Assembly: GCA_048884785.1 (NCBI GenBank)
Contig: JBHLQM010000060.1
Location: forward strand, 2,062-22,766
Direction: 5' to 3'
DNA: 20,705 nt
Source: Candidatus Thorarchaeota archaeon
GTDB taxonomy: Archaea; Asgardarchaeota; Thorarchaeia; Thorarchaeales; Thorarchaeaceae
Below are positions 1-8,021 of the stretch, piece after piece. Position numbers and translations under genes: made by a program. Positions within the stretch are counted from its first letter, which is position 1. Every line of letters starts with the position of its first letter. The notes under the pieces are model-generated. The model ran no database searches. It saw only the letters and a list, made by a program, of their open reading frames with translations, and was not told the DNA's origin.

Positions 1-678
1 AAAGTTAGAAACGAGAGTCTGGAGGCGACGGTTGAATCTCTAAAAGCTGCTCCTGTGGCTGATACTGCGCTTGTTACAGAGCTTAGGCAAAATGCCAAGG
101 TACTAGAGGCAGAGAGGAATATTTTGGAAAACAAAATTACCGATACCGAAACAAATCTTCATTTGGTTGAGTCGCAGCTAGCAAACTTGAGGGATGAATT
201 CTCAAAGAAAGAATTGGAATGCGAGGACTATCGTGAGAGAAGTACTAAGCTTCAAGCTGAAGCTGAAACAGTAAAGGATCGACTTGAGGAAGTTGATGAA
301 CTAAGAGCCCGCGTCCGTTCTCTTGAATCTGGTGATTCAATGCGTGAACTCGAGAGAACTCGAAGTGAAATTGAAAGACTTAGTGCCAGCAATGAACGAT
401 TGAAGAAGGATCATGACGCAATGAAAGCCAAAGTTGAGTATACAGAGGCTAGGCTAAAAGGATATCTTGGTCTAATGGATAGTACAGAAAAAACCAAGGC
501 ATTCTTGATTCTCGAAGATAACAAGGAGATATCTCTCCGTGAGATTGCTCGCTCGTTGGGGGTATCCCCTGCTACGGTTTCAAAATGGGTAGACGATTTT
601 GTTCAGCTTGGTATTGCACGTTTGGTTGATGGGACAACTTTGGTATTGGCCATAGGAAAGGATGAAGCATCAGAATAA
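1..678 (+). CDS. Coiled-coil protein with C-terminal winged helix-turn-helix (5'-truncated)
   Basis: The frame is open from base 1 (KVRNESLEATVESL...), so the real start is probably upstream of the window. A long E/K/R/L-rich heptad region is followed by an HTH signature, ISLREIARSLGVSPATVSKWVDDFVQLGIA. Confidence 0.8.
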   Translation, partial: KVRNESLEATVESLKAAPVADTALVTELRQNAKVLEAERNILENKITDTETNLHLVESQLANLRDEFSKKELECEDYRERSTKLQAEAETVKDRLEEVDELRARVRSLESGDSMRELERTRSEIERLSASNERLKKDHDAMKAKVEYTEARLKGYLGLMDSTEKTKAFLILEDNKEISLREIARSLGVSPATVSKWVDDFVQLGIARLVDGTTLVLAIGKDEASE

Positions 679-1122
679 CTAGAATGAATCAATTCTATGC
701 AGGAACTGCGCAACTTCGATTAGCCCATCCAATCTGAAGACCTTCTCATAGAGTTCCTCAATTCCAGTCTTTGACTTCTTGGATTCTTTCAGATACAACT
801 TAACTGCAGGCCGAAGTATTTCTTCAAGGTATGACCTTCTCAAGTTGGTGAGGGATGTTATCAATTCCGAACTGAACTCTTTGTGGTCAAGTGCCATTCG
901 CACTTCATTGTATTCTTGTGTGCATTTTGCTTTCGAATCAAGTATCTTCTCCGTTCCACTTAGCGCCTTTTTTGCTAAAGCTCTGTACTTCGCCTGAGCC
1001 TTTTTTAGATCGGAATATGCAAGCAATTTTGTATCGGAGCAGGCATCCAAGAAGGGCACACTTCTTGTAGCCACTGACTCAAGCAAGCCACTAATCTTAT
1101 TGAGGCTATCCTTATCAGTCAT
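679..1122 (-). CDS. Hypothetical alpha-helical protein (~147 aa)
   Basis: The ORF fills the gap between neighbours, and its stop directly abuts the convergent stop of the first gene. ATG at 1122 (MTDKD) is preferred to the track start at 1146. No recognised motif. Confidence 0.65.
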   Translation of the reverse strand: MTDKDSLNKISGLLESVATRSVPFLDACSDTKLLAYSDLKKAQAKYRALAKKALSGTEKILDSKAKCTQEYNEVRMALDHKEFSSELITSLTNLRRSYLEEILRPAVKLYLKESKKSKTGIEELYEKVFRLDGLIEVAQFLHRIDSF

Positions 1123-1207
1123 ACACGAAACCGTACAACTATACAATTCTCTGCTTTTAATAATGTCTGAATCATATCAAATGGCTAGACCGTAACAGGA
1201 ATAAGAG

Positions 1208-2275
1208 ATGCGACATGTTTCTGTTACAATGAAAGAGGCTCTACTATATTCCAAAATAAAAGAGGCAGTTCGATGCGACCTCTGTGCACGTAGATGTGTA
1301 ATAAACGAGGGAGAAACAGGGTTTTGTCGTGTTCGCATTGTCAAGAATGGCATTCTCTACAGCAAAGTTTACGGTTTAATTGACGGTATGGCTCCTGACC
1401 CCGTGGAAAAGAAGCCTCTCTTCCATTTTGCCCCCGGATCAAATACTTTCTCAATCAGTACCTCTTCATGCAATTTCAGGTGTGATTTCTGCCTCAACTA
1501 TCACTCTTCTCAAAGAGAATCTCCAGTGGGCGAAGAGCTTTCTCCTACGGACCTAGTTGGACTCGCCAAGCAATATGATTGTCAGGGGATGACATATACA
1601 TATACTGAACCAACAATCTTCATGGAGTTGGCGTATGATACAGCGAAACTTGTGCACCATGAAGACATGTATAACACATTTGTCACGAATGGCTATATGA
1701 CATCTGAGGCTGTTGATTTGATTTCACCTTATCTTGATGCGGCTTCTGTCAACTTTAAGGGGAGCGCTAACAAGGAGTTTTACAAAAGGCTCATGGATGT
1801 TCCTAAGACAGATCCGATATTCTCCAGTATGGAGCAGATGAAATCAAGGGGGGTGTTCATAGAAATAACAAATCTGATTATTCCTCAGATAGGGGATTTC
1901 CTCGATGACACTCGTATTCTTGCTGAGTGGGTAGTCGAAAATCTTGGCCCTCGAACACCGTTCCATTTCACATCTTTTGCCCCCACGTATAAGATGACAC
2001 ATATTCCACGAACACCTGCTTCCACGCTTGAGCGGCATATCTCAGTTGCGAAAGAGTCCGGTCTGGAGTTCGTGTATTCAGGAAATGTCCCTGGCCATGA
2101 CTATGAAAATACATATTGTCCGAAATGTGGTTTTCAGGCTGTGGAGCGTTACTCTGTATATCTAAAGAGAAATAGTCTCAGAGAAGACGGACGCTGTCCA
2201 AAATGTGGCACAGATTTGGGGATGTCAGGAATCAAGTGGATGAAGGTAGGCCGTGGAAGATCACGTTTCTATTGA
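1208..2275 (+). CDS. amrS: AmmeMemoRadiSam system radical SAM enzyme (PflX/AmrS-like)
   Basis: N-terminal CDLCARRC...GFCRVR, DPVEKKPLFHF, radical SAM CNFRCDFC, YTYTEP, VTNGY, YSGNVPG and C-terminal CPKC x2. The true start may be the ATG at 1229 (MKEALL). Confidence 0.9.
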   Translation: MRHVSVTMKEALLYSKIKEAVRCDLCARRCVINEGETGFCRVRIVKNGILYSKVYGLIDGMAPDPVEKKPLFHFAPGSNTFSISTSSCNFRCDFCLNYHSSQRESPVGEELSPTDLVGLAKQYDCQGMTYTYTEPTIFMELAYDTAKLVHHEDMYNTFVTNGYMTSEAVDLISPYLDAASVNFKGSANKEFYKRLMDVPKTDPIFSSMEQMKSRGVFIEITNLIIPQIGDFLDDTRILAEWVVENLGPRTPFHFTSFAPTYKMTHIPRTPASTLERHISVAKESGLEFVYSGNVPGHDYENTYCPKCGFQAVERYSVYLKRNSLREDGRCPKCGTDLGMSGIKWMKVGRGRSRFY

Positions 2276-2285
2276 GGGAACTGGT

Positions 2286-3170
2286 ATGCAAGTTCTTGGT
2301 GTTTCTTGGAAAACCCGTGGTACCAAATACAAATCAGGTCTTAATGTACGGAATTCGCAGGATGAAATCAAATTCCTACCCATCACCCGAGGACAGCGCA
2401 TCGCCTGGACTGTTCAGGGGCCCAAAAGATGCATTGGAAGGCTTTCAGATGACCAGATATTGAATCCATGTCCATCAAAGCAGGTTGTTCTCAAGGGTGC
2501 AAAATGCCCGGAGTGTTCAGCACTTGATTTTTTCGAACCATGTATTCGATGTAATGGCTATAGTTGTAGAGCGAGCAATAATCGAAGAATCGAATGTGAG
2601 AATTCGGATTATGTTGTTTATCTTGCAATCTTCAATGATAGTAGTATCAAAGTGGGAGTATCTACCAAGAAAAGAGCAATGATTCGATGGTTGGAACAAG
2701 GAGCCGATTACGCAGGAGTATTGCTGGAAGTTGAAGGCGGCAAAATGGCAAGGCAAATTGAGCATGACATAGGCAGGCATCCTGCCATTCAGACAGCTGT
2801 ATCAAGTGCCAGCAAGAAGAAGTCATTATTATCGAAACTCAGCTTTGATGAGGCAAATTCCATTGTGATGAGTTTTCTGGATTCCTACTCAATTCATTCC
2901 ACATTTGAAGCTCCCACGCTCATAGATCTTTCAATTCATTATTCACTTGATGACCTTCTCACAGAACCCATCCCATGGCTTCGAAGGAATCAGAAAATAC
3001 AAAATTTGAAACTTGTTGGTAATGTTCTTGGTATGAAAGGATCCTACGTAATCACGAAGATTGGTAATGCATATCGCATAGCATCATTGAAAAGACTCAT
3101 TGGTTATTCAATAAATGAGGGGATAGCTGAGCCATTTGAATCTCAATCTGGGCTCTTAGATTTCATATGA
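2286..3170 (+). CDS. DUF2797-like protein (Cys-rich N-terminus)
   Basis: RCIG...CP...KCPEC...CIRC...C cysteine cluster, then YVVYLA...IKVGVS...RWLEQGA and a G-x-KG-x tail typical of DUF2797. ATG at 2286, after GAGGG, is preferred to GTG at 2253. Confidence 0.75.
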   Translation: MQVLGVSWKTRGTKYKSGLNVRNSQDEIKFLPITRGQRIAWTVQGPKRCIGRLSDDQILNPCPSKQVVLKGAKCPECSALDFFEPCIRCNGYSCRASNNRRIECENSDYVVYLAIFNDSSIKVGVSTKKRAMIRWLEQGADYAGVLLEVEGGKMARQIEHDIGRHPAIQTAVSSASKKKSLLSKLSFDEANSIVMSFLDSYSIHSTFEAPTLIDLSIHYSLDDLLTEPIPWLRRNQKIQNLKLVGNVLGMKGSYVITKIGNAYRIASLKRLIGYSINEGIAEPFESQSGLLDFI

Positions 3171-3209
3171 GTAAAATCAAAATACCCGTAATATAGCTGG
3201 CAGAACAGT

Positions 3210-4055
3210 ATGAATGAGCAAGAAGAAATTGCATTGGTTCGTTACATCTCACTGGTACGCAGAGAAGGTGGAGAACCCATACTAGGAATCCCCTATCGCG
3301 AGATGAGCGTCGACCCGGACCTCATTGCAAGCTTCGTCTTGGCTATCATCATATTTGAAAATCGTCAATTGAAAACCTTCACAAAAGAGGGTTACGTCGT
3401 TGTAATTGAGGAAGGGAAACATGTCGTAGGTCTCCTAATAGTTGACAAAGTAGAAGATGACGAGCCTTATAGGAATGAACTACGAAAGATTATTGCCCTA
3501 TTTGAAGAGGAATTTGATACTCAACTTAATTCGTGGAAAGGAGACATTCGTCCCTTTAGGAAATTTGCCCTTGATATTCTTGGCATCTTTCCATACAGGG
3601 ACTTGGATTGGGATTTGGTACCACACATGGTACAACCTTCAGAAGCTGCACCTGATCATCATACTCCAATTCCATGGAGTGTGGGTGAAACGGATGAAAG
3701 GATACAGAATCTTGTAGGGTTCATCAATGGAAAGCGAACAATCAATGAAATAATGGAGGCCTCGGAATATACAGAGTTGGAAACAAGAGCCATATTCTCG
3801 ATGCTTGATAGATACAAGTGGATTCGACTGGACAGAAAACTGGGTCCCACATCGCTACTTCGGAAGATTGCCAATCCGCCCAGGTATTTAATTGGTGCCT
3901 ACGGCGACCAGTTGCTTGAGATTGTCGAGAAATTCGATGGAACAAAAACGATTGCTGAGATATGTCAATCCCTTTCTTACTCAGTTGAGGTAGTAGTAAC
4001 AATTGCCCGTAACTTGATTGATGCAGGAGTGCTGAAATACTATGATTCCAATTAA
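3210..4055 (+). CDS. Longin-like domain + tandem wHTH protein (NPRL2/NPRL3-like architecture), paralog 1
   Basis: N-terminal longin-type pattern (ISLVRREGGEPIL...DPDLIASFVLAI...VVIEEGKHVVGLLIVD...LRKIIALFEEEF...F). Two repeats of a 'DG-RT--EI' wHTH follow (FINGKRTINEI; KFDGTKTIAEI...LIDAGVL). Confidence 0.65.
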   Translation: MNEQEEIALVRYISLVRREGGEPILGIPYREMSVDPDLIASFVLAIIIFENRQLKTFTKEGYVVVIEEGKHVVGLLIVDKVEDDEPYRNELRKIIALFEEEFDTQLNSWKGDIRPFRKFALDILGIFPYRDLDWDLVPHMVQPSEAAPDHHTPIPWSVGETDERIQNLVGFINGKRTINEIMEASEYTELETRAIFSMLDRYKWIRLDRKLGPTSLLRKIANPPRYLIGAYGDQLLEIVEKFDGTKTIAEICQSLSYSVEVVVTIARNLIDAGVLKYYDSN

Positions 4056-4141
4056 TAGTAAGGCTTATAGTAGTGATTACACCTGCATCTATCTCCTATC
4101 TGAGGGCCATACATGTGTTTACAGAGGAGAGATATTCGAAT

Positions 4142-4963
4142 ATGGCTGTTGATGTTACCAAGGTTCGGTATATCTCTCTAATTCGTCTTGAAGGTGGAGA
4201 GTCGCTTGTTAATATTCCTTATGAGGAGCTCACAGTCGACCCTGATCTTATTGCAGGATTTGTTACGGCCGTAATTATCTTTGCAAAAACACCTATTCGT
4301 ACAATACGAAAAGCCGCCTATGACATTCTCATTGAGGTTGGCAAAACAACTTTGGTTCTTCTTGTTGTGGATCCGGTTCCAGATGAAGCGCCATACAGAG
4401 CGAAATTGAAGAGAATTCTCGATTTGATTGAAGAGGAGCATGGAAGAAGACTAGAGCAATTCGAGGGTGATGTTAGGAGATTTAGAGAATTCGCCATCTC
4501 CATTCTCAAGGAGTTTCCATACGATATACCTGATCCAGATATGGTTCCGGTTAGGAAACCAAAAGGAGTTCCGATTCCGTACAGAGTAGGCAAAGTTGAC
4601 AGTCTGTTGGAACGAGTTGAGAGCTTCATTAATGGCAAGCGGTCAATGTCCGAGATTCTAGATCTAATTGGCATTTCTGAGGATGAAGTGACTGCCTTGG
4701 TATCAGTTCTTTCAAAGTATGGTTGGATTGAATTCAAAAAGAGGCTCACAGAGGATGACATTCTTAAGAGAACGGATTGCCCGAAGGCATCAATAGATAG
4801 GTTGAAGGGTTCATATGGCATGCCTATCGATGATATCCTCGAGAAATTCAATAAACCCTCTCAGGTGAAAGAGGTTCTTGATTCACTGCCGTATGATAGG
4901 AATGCATCTTGGTTTATTGTCAACAAACTCGTTGAATTGAAATGCTTAGATCAGGTAACCTAG
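4142..4963 (+). CDS. Longin-like domain + tandem wHTH protein (NPRL2/NPRL3-like architecture), paralog 2
   Basis: Aligns ungapped with the preceding gene over ~120 aa at roughly half identity (hand count). Contains FINGKRSMSEI. ATG at 4142, downstream of AGAGGAG, matches the paralog's N-terminus better than GTG at 4073. Confidence 0.65.
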   Translation: MAVDVTKVRYISLIRLEGGESLVNIPYEELTVDPDLIAGFVTAVIIFAKTPIRTIRKAAYDILIEVGKTTLVLLVVDPVPDEAPYRAKLKRILDLIEEEHGRRLEQFEGDVRRFREFAISILKEFPYDIPDPDMVPVRKPKGVPIPYRVGKVDSLLERVESFINGKRSMSEILDLIGISEDEVTALVSVLSKYGWIEFKKRLTEDDILKRTDCPKASIDRLKGSYGMPIDDILEKFNKPSQVKEVLDSLPYDRNASWFIVNKLVELKCLDQVT

Positions 4964-5785
4964 GTCGAGTACATCATCTTTTCCTGGAATGCCCACCACA
5001 TCACTTCTACACTGATGGCAGTGCACAAACTGCTTCAAATAGACACCAGCATCTTTTCTTGCCTGTAGCAATTGCGGAAATGTTGGAGGTATCATTGAAG
5101 ACATGCAGTCTAGAGGAACAAGAGGTAGTATGTTCTGAAGATCAACTCCTAGATTCGCAAGTGTTGCTGCGAGTTCAACGACCTCATCAGAATTGAGCTT
5201 AGGAATGAGAATTGTGTTGACCTTTACATGAATTCCTGCACCTTTGGCACTCACTATCCCTCTAACTTGTCTATCAATAATATCCTTGGCCATCTCGAAA
5301 CCAGAGCTAATTTTCCCGTCTATAAATGCCCACTCGTAAATCTTTGATGCAGTTGTAGGTCTGATTGAACTCATTGACACTGATATGGTAGAAACTTCGA
5401 GCTTTTCAAGGCGCTTGACATTTTTTTCCAATAGAATTCCATTGGTGCTTAAACATAGCCTCATCTCAGGAAATGAATCCCTAACAAGCTCAATAGTTTC
5501 AAATGTTTCTTCATTGAACAGAGGGTCACCAGGTCCTGCAAATCCGACAATACGCAAATTTGGTTTTTTCTCAAGATAGTGCGACAGTACAATCAAAGAT
5601 TCCTCTGGGCCTAAGATATCTTGACAAGAACCCGGCATTGGAATATGGCACGATGAATTCTGGCTTTGGCAATATGAGCACTTTACATTGCAGGCTTTGG
5701 CAACTGGGAGGTGTATTCTCTCCCATAATTCGGTTCGTTTGTTGCTCCAACATGGATGATGGACTAAGTGATATGCTAATGTCAT
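4946..5785 (-). CDS. NifB-like radical SAM protein (stand-alone, no NifX domain)
   Basis: HPCW, RIHLPVA, CNVKCSYC, AGPGDPL, LCLSTNG, VKVNTILIP and C-terminal HCHQCRSDVVG. Confidence 0.8.
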   Translation of the reverse strand: MTLAYHLVHHPCWSNKRTELWERIHLPVAKACNVKCSYCQSQNSSCHIPMPGSCQDILGPEESLIVLSHYLEKKPNLRIVGFAGPGDPLFNEETFETIELVRDSFPEMRLCLSTNGILLEKNVKRLEKLEVSTISVSMSSIRPTTASKIYEWAFIDGKISSGFEMAKDIIDRQVRGIVSAKGAGIHVKVNTILIPKLNSDEVVELAATLANLGVDLQNILPLVPLDCMSSMIPPTFPQLLQARKDAGVYLKQFVHCHQCRSDVVGIPGKDDVLDLGYLI

Positions 5786-5797
5786 TATTCCAAGCTC

Positions 5798-6235
5798 TTA
5801 GATTATGTCTTCAAGTAATCGCGTGGCTTCTCTTGCACAAATCTTTGCATCATTGAAAATGAGGCCTAGCTTGGCATTTTCAGGCGCAGTAACTGTCAGG
5901 AGATATCCATGCGATATGGAAATGGTTAATGTCGTTCCTCGTGTACCCTGAATTATGATAGATTTTAGCTCCCCTTGTCGCAACTCTTTTACAGTTTGCT
6001 CGCCAACAGCTTGAATACTAGCAACCATAGCCGCAACTGAAACTTCCTCAACACCTGAATTGAAATGACTGACAAAAGGAAGCCCTTCTACCGAAAATAT
6101 GGCAGCGCCTAGAATTGGAGACTTGTGACTAAGATTTCTGAGTAGAGTCTTTAGTGGTTCCAATCCTTCTTCAGTTGTCAGGCGGGCCAAAGCAAAATCA
6201 CTCTCTAGTCTAACATTCTTCTTTTTACTAATCAT
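5798..6235 (-). CDS. Roadblock/LC7 (MglB-like) domain protein
   Basis: ILGAAIFSVEGLPFVS...VAAMVASI...EL..GEL..IIIQG..G...LLTV.....KLGLI is the roadblock consensus. ATG at 6235 or TTG at 6241. Confidence 0.88.
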   Translation of the reverse strand: MISKKKNVRLESDFALARLTTEEGLEPLKTLLRNLSHKSPILGAAIFSVEGLPFVSHFNSGVEEVSVAAMVASIQAVGEQTVKELRQGELKSIIIQGTRGTTLTISISHGYLLTVTAPENAKLGLIFNDAKICAREATRLLEDII

Positions 6236-6258
6236 TAGCAATAATCTGAAGGTTCTTT

Positions 6259-6275
6259 CACGCGTATAAAGCTTA
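6259..6275 (-). promoter_or_regulatory. Putative archaeal BRE/TATA promoter for the roadblock-nifB-like unit
   Basis: The minus strand reads AAGCTTTATACG, about 30 nt upstream of the ATG at 6235. The context resembles the hsp20 promoter (AAAGCTTATATA). Confidence 0.45.
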
Positions 6276-6283
6276 GTAACAGG

Positions 6284-7273
6284 CTACTCAATTAGACGAA
6301 CTGAGGTTACGGTATCACTTCGTAGACGTCTAGTTGGTGTTTTCATTACTCGGAGAATATTATCCGCATGCGTATCGAGCCCGGATTCTCTAAGCATTTC
6401 AACAAACTCAAATCCTGTGGAGATTGCAAGTCCACGGAGAGGCTTGCCCTCTTTGCAGGATTCCAGCAAATCCTTCGTGGAGACCAATTTGCATCGAATA
6501 TCCTCTTCTCGATGTTTCTGGAGATGGGAAACTCCCTTGCGCGAAATTCCTCTATTCTCCCTCTGTTCTTCAGTGTAGCTTTTTCGCTTTGATATATTCT
6601 CAAGCCTATTGATGCCCTTACTAATTATGTCATCAGATCTTAGATTTGAGCCATATTGCTCTCGAACACTTTTGGTTGTGGATGTCACCAACCATGCGGT
6701 TCCATACACTTTCTGATATCTCATTCCCTTGAGGATTTCAGATTCACTGAGGAGCGTGATAGATCTATAGCCCTTATACTCAACTGAAATTGTCCAATCT
6801 GGGTTGGCATGATGAACCAAAAGGTCAGGAGTCAATCCCTCACCAGTTGTCGGGACCGTAGTTGATACATCAGGAAAGAGTGTCATAATAAGAGCAAGAA
6901 ATGCCTCGTGGAAGATATTGTGACGTAGATTCCGAGCCTCTTGAGGGTGTCTCATTCCTGCTTCTCGATATAGTACCGGCATTTCCACTTTTTGGCCTGT
7001 TCTTTTCTTGACTTCATTTCTTGTTGTTAAACGTCCTCTTCTATGATTCTCCTGTACCAGCCTCACGGCAGCCTCGAAGCCTATAAGGCCAAAAATGACT
7101 TTACCTAGTGATTTATTCTCAGTTCCTCTTCGCTTCGCCTCATCCTCTGCCCACTTTATCACTTCTTGAGCTTCGCTTCCTAGGAGTTGTATTATCGAAC
7201 CCATTTTGTCATGAAGCCCATACCTATTGATGTGATTCCTTAGTGATGTGCTATATTTGACTCGTTTTCCCAA
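6284..7273 (-). CDS. Hypothetical protein with PD-(D/E)xK nuclease-like motif
   Basis: FHEAFL...GLTPDLLV...ISVEYKG...MRY..AWLVT has the spacing of the restriction-endonuclease-like fold. The protein is basic, and its TTG start is preceded by GAGGAG. Confidence 0.6.
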   Translation of the reverse strand: MGKRVKYSTSLRNHINRYGLHDKMGSIIQLLGSEAQEVIKWAEDEAKRRGTENKSLGKVIFGLIGFEAAVRLVQENHRRGRLTTRNEVKKRTGQKVEMPVLYREAGMRHPQEARNLRHNIFHEAFLALIMTLFPDVSTTVPTTGEGLTPDLLVHHANPDWTISVEYKGYRSITLLSESEILKGMRYQKVYGTAWLVTSTTKSVREQYGSNLRSDDIISKGINRLENISKRKSYTEEQRENRGISRKGVSHLQKHREEDIRCKLVSTKDLLESCKEGKPLRGLAISTGFEFVEMLRESGLDTHADNILRVMKTPTRRLRSDTVTSVRLIE

Positions 7274-7315
7274 AGTATCTCCTCATGTGAACTGTCAACT
7301 ATTGTCTTTCATGAA

Positions 7316-7987
7316 CTAGAGAATATCCTTGATGAGTTTCACTTCTTGGGTTTCTTCGTTGAATGATACAAGATCTGCGTTTCGCAAGTCGTGAATTGCT
7401 TTGATTACAGCGGTTGGCATTATTCCAGTGCTAGATTCTATATTCTTGCGAGATATTGCAGTCTTTGTATTGTGAAGTGTATACAAGACCCGAGCATGGG
7501 GCTTTCCGCCAAAGATTTTCTCAATTAGTAGGATGTAGATAGCTAGAAGATCACTAACGTCTACTTTCTCCTGAAGCTTCTCCTTTTCAGCCGCGGTTTC
7601 ACGGTATAACTCGGATACTTTTTCGAGCTGTGCATTTATTTGATTCATTTCAGTTCGCAGCTCATCTCTCTCTCTTCGAATTGCATCAATTTCCTGATCT
7701 TTATTCGCTGCGGACTTTGCTATATCCTCTTTCAGAGTATCGGCTTCTCTGGTCCTTTCGGCTAAGCTCTCCTGAAGGCTCTCTAGCTTGGCTGATTTCT
7801 CCTGCAATTCGGCTTCGGTTTCTTTAAGCTTTTCTTCAGCAGCCCACGATTTCTCCTCTGCTTCTCTTCTTGAAACTCGAAGTTCTTCTGCTTCTGCCTC
7901 AAGTTTCTCAAGTTCATCAAAAGCTTTGAGGGCTTTTGTCTTTAGCTCTTCAAATAACGACTCTAGTCTCTGCTTATCAGATGACAT
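7316..7987 (-). CDS. Coiled-coil protein with C-terminal winged helix
   Basis: About 140 aa of E/K-rich heptads, then RVLYTLH...ISRKNIESSTGIMPTAVIKAIHDLRNADLVSFNEETQEVKL. AGGAGG RBS. Confidence 0.8.
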   Translation of the reverse strand: MSSDKQRLESLFEELKTKALKAFDELEKLEAEAEELRVSRREAEEKSWAAEEKLKETEAELQEKSAKLESLQESLAERTREADTLKEDIAKSAANKDQEIDAIRRERDELRTEMNQINAQLEKVSELYRETAAEKEKLQEKVDVSDLLAIYILLIEKIFGGKPHARVLYTLHNTKTAISRKNIESSTGIMPTAVIKAIHDLRNADLVSFNEETQEVKLIKDIL

Positions 7988-8021
7988 GTTGACTCCTCCT
8001 GATTGAGAACAGTTTTCTGCC

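Noticed and set aside
4073-4141. Longer N-terminus for the second longin paralog
   Set aside because: Paralog alignment and the RBS-like AGAGGAG favour the ATG at 4142.
4946-5785. Evidence of nitrogen fixation
   Set aside because: Only a divergent NifB-like gene is present, with no nitrogenase structural genes in the window.
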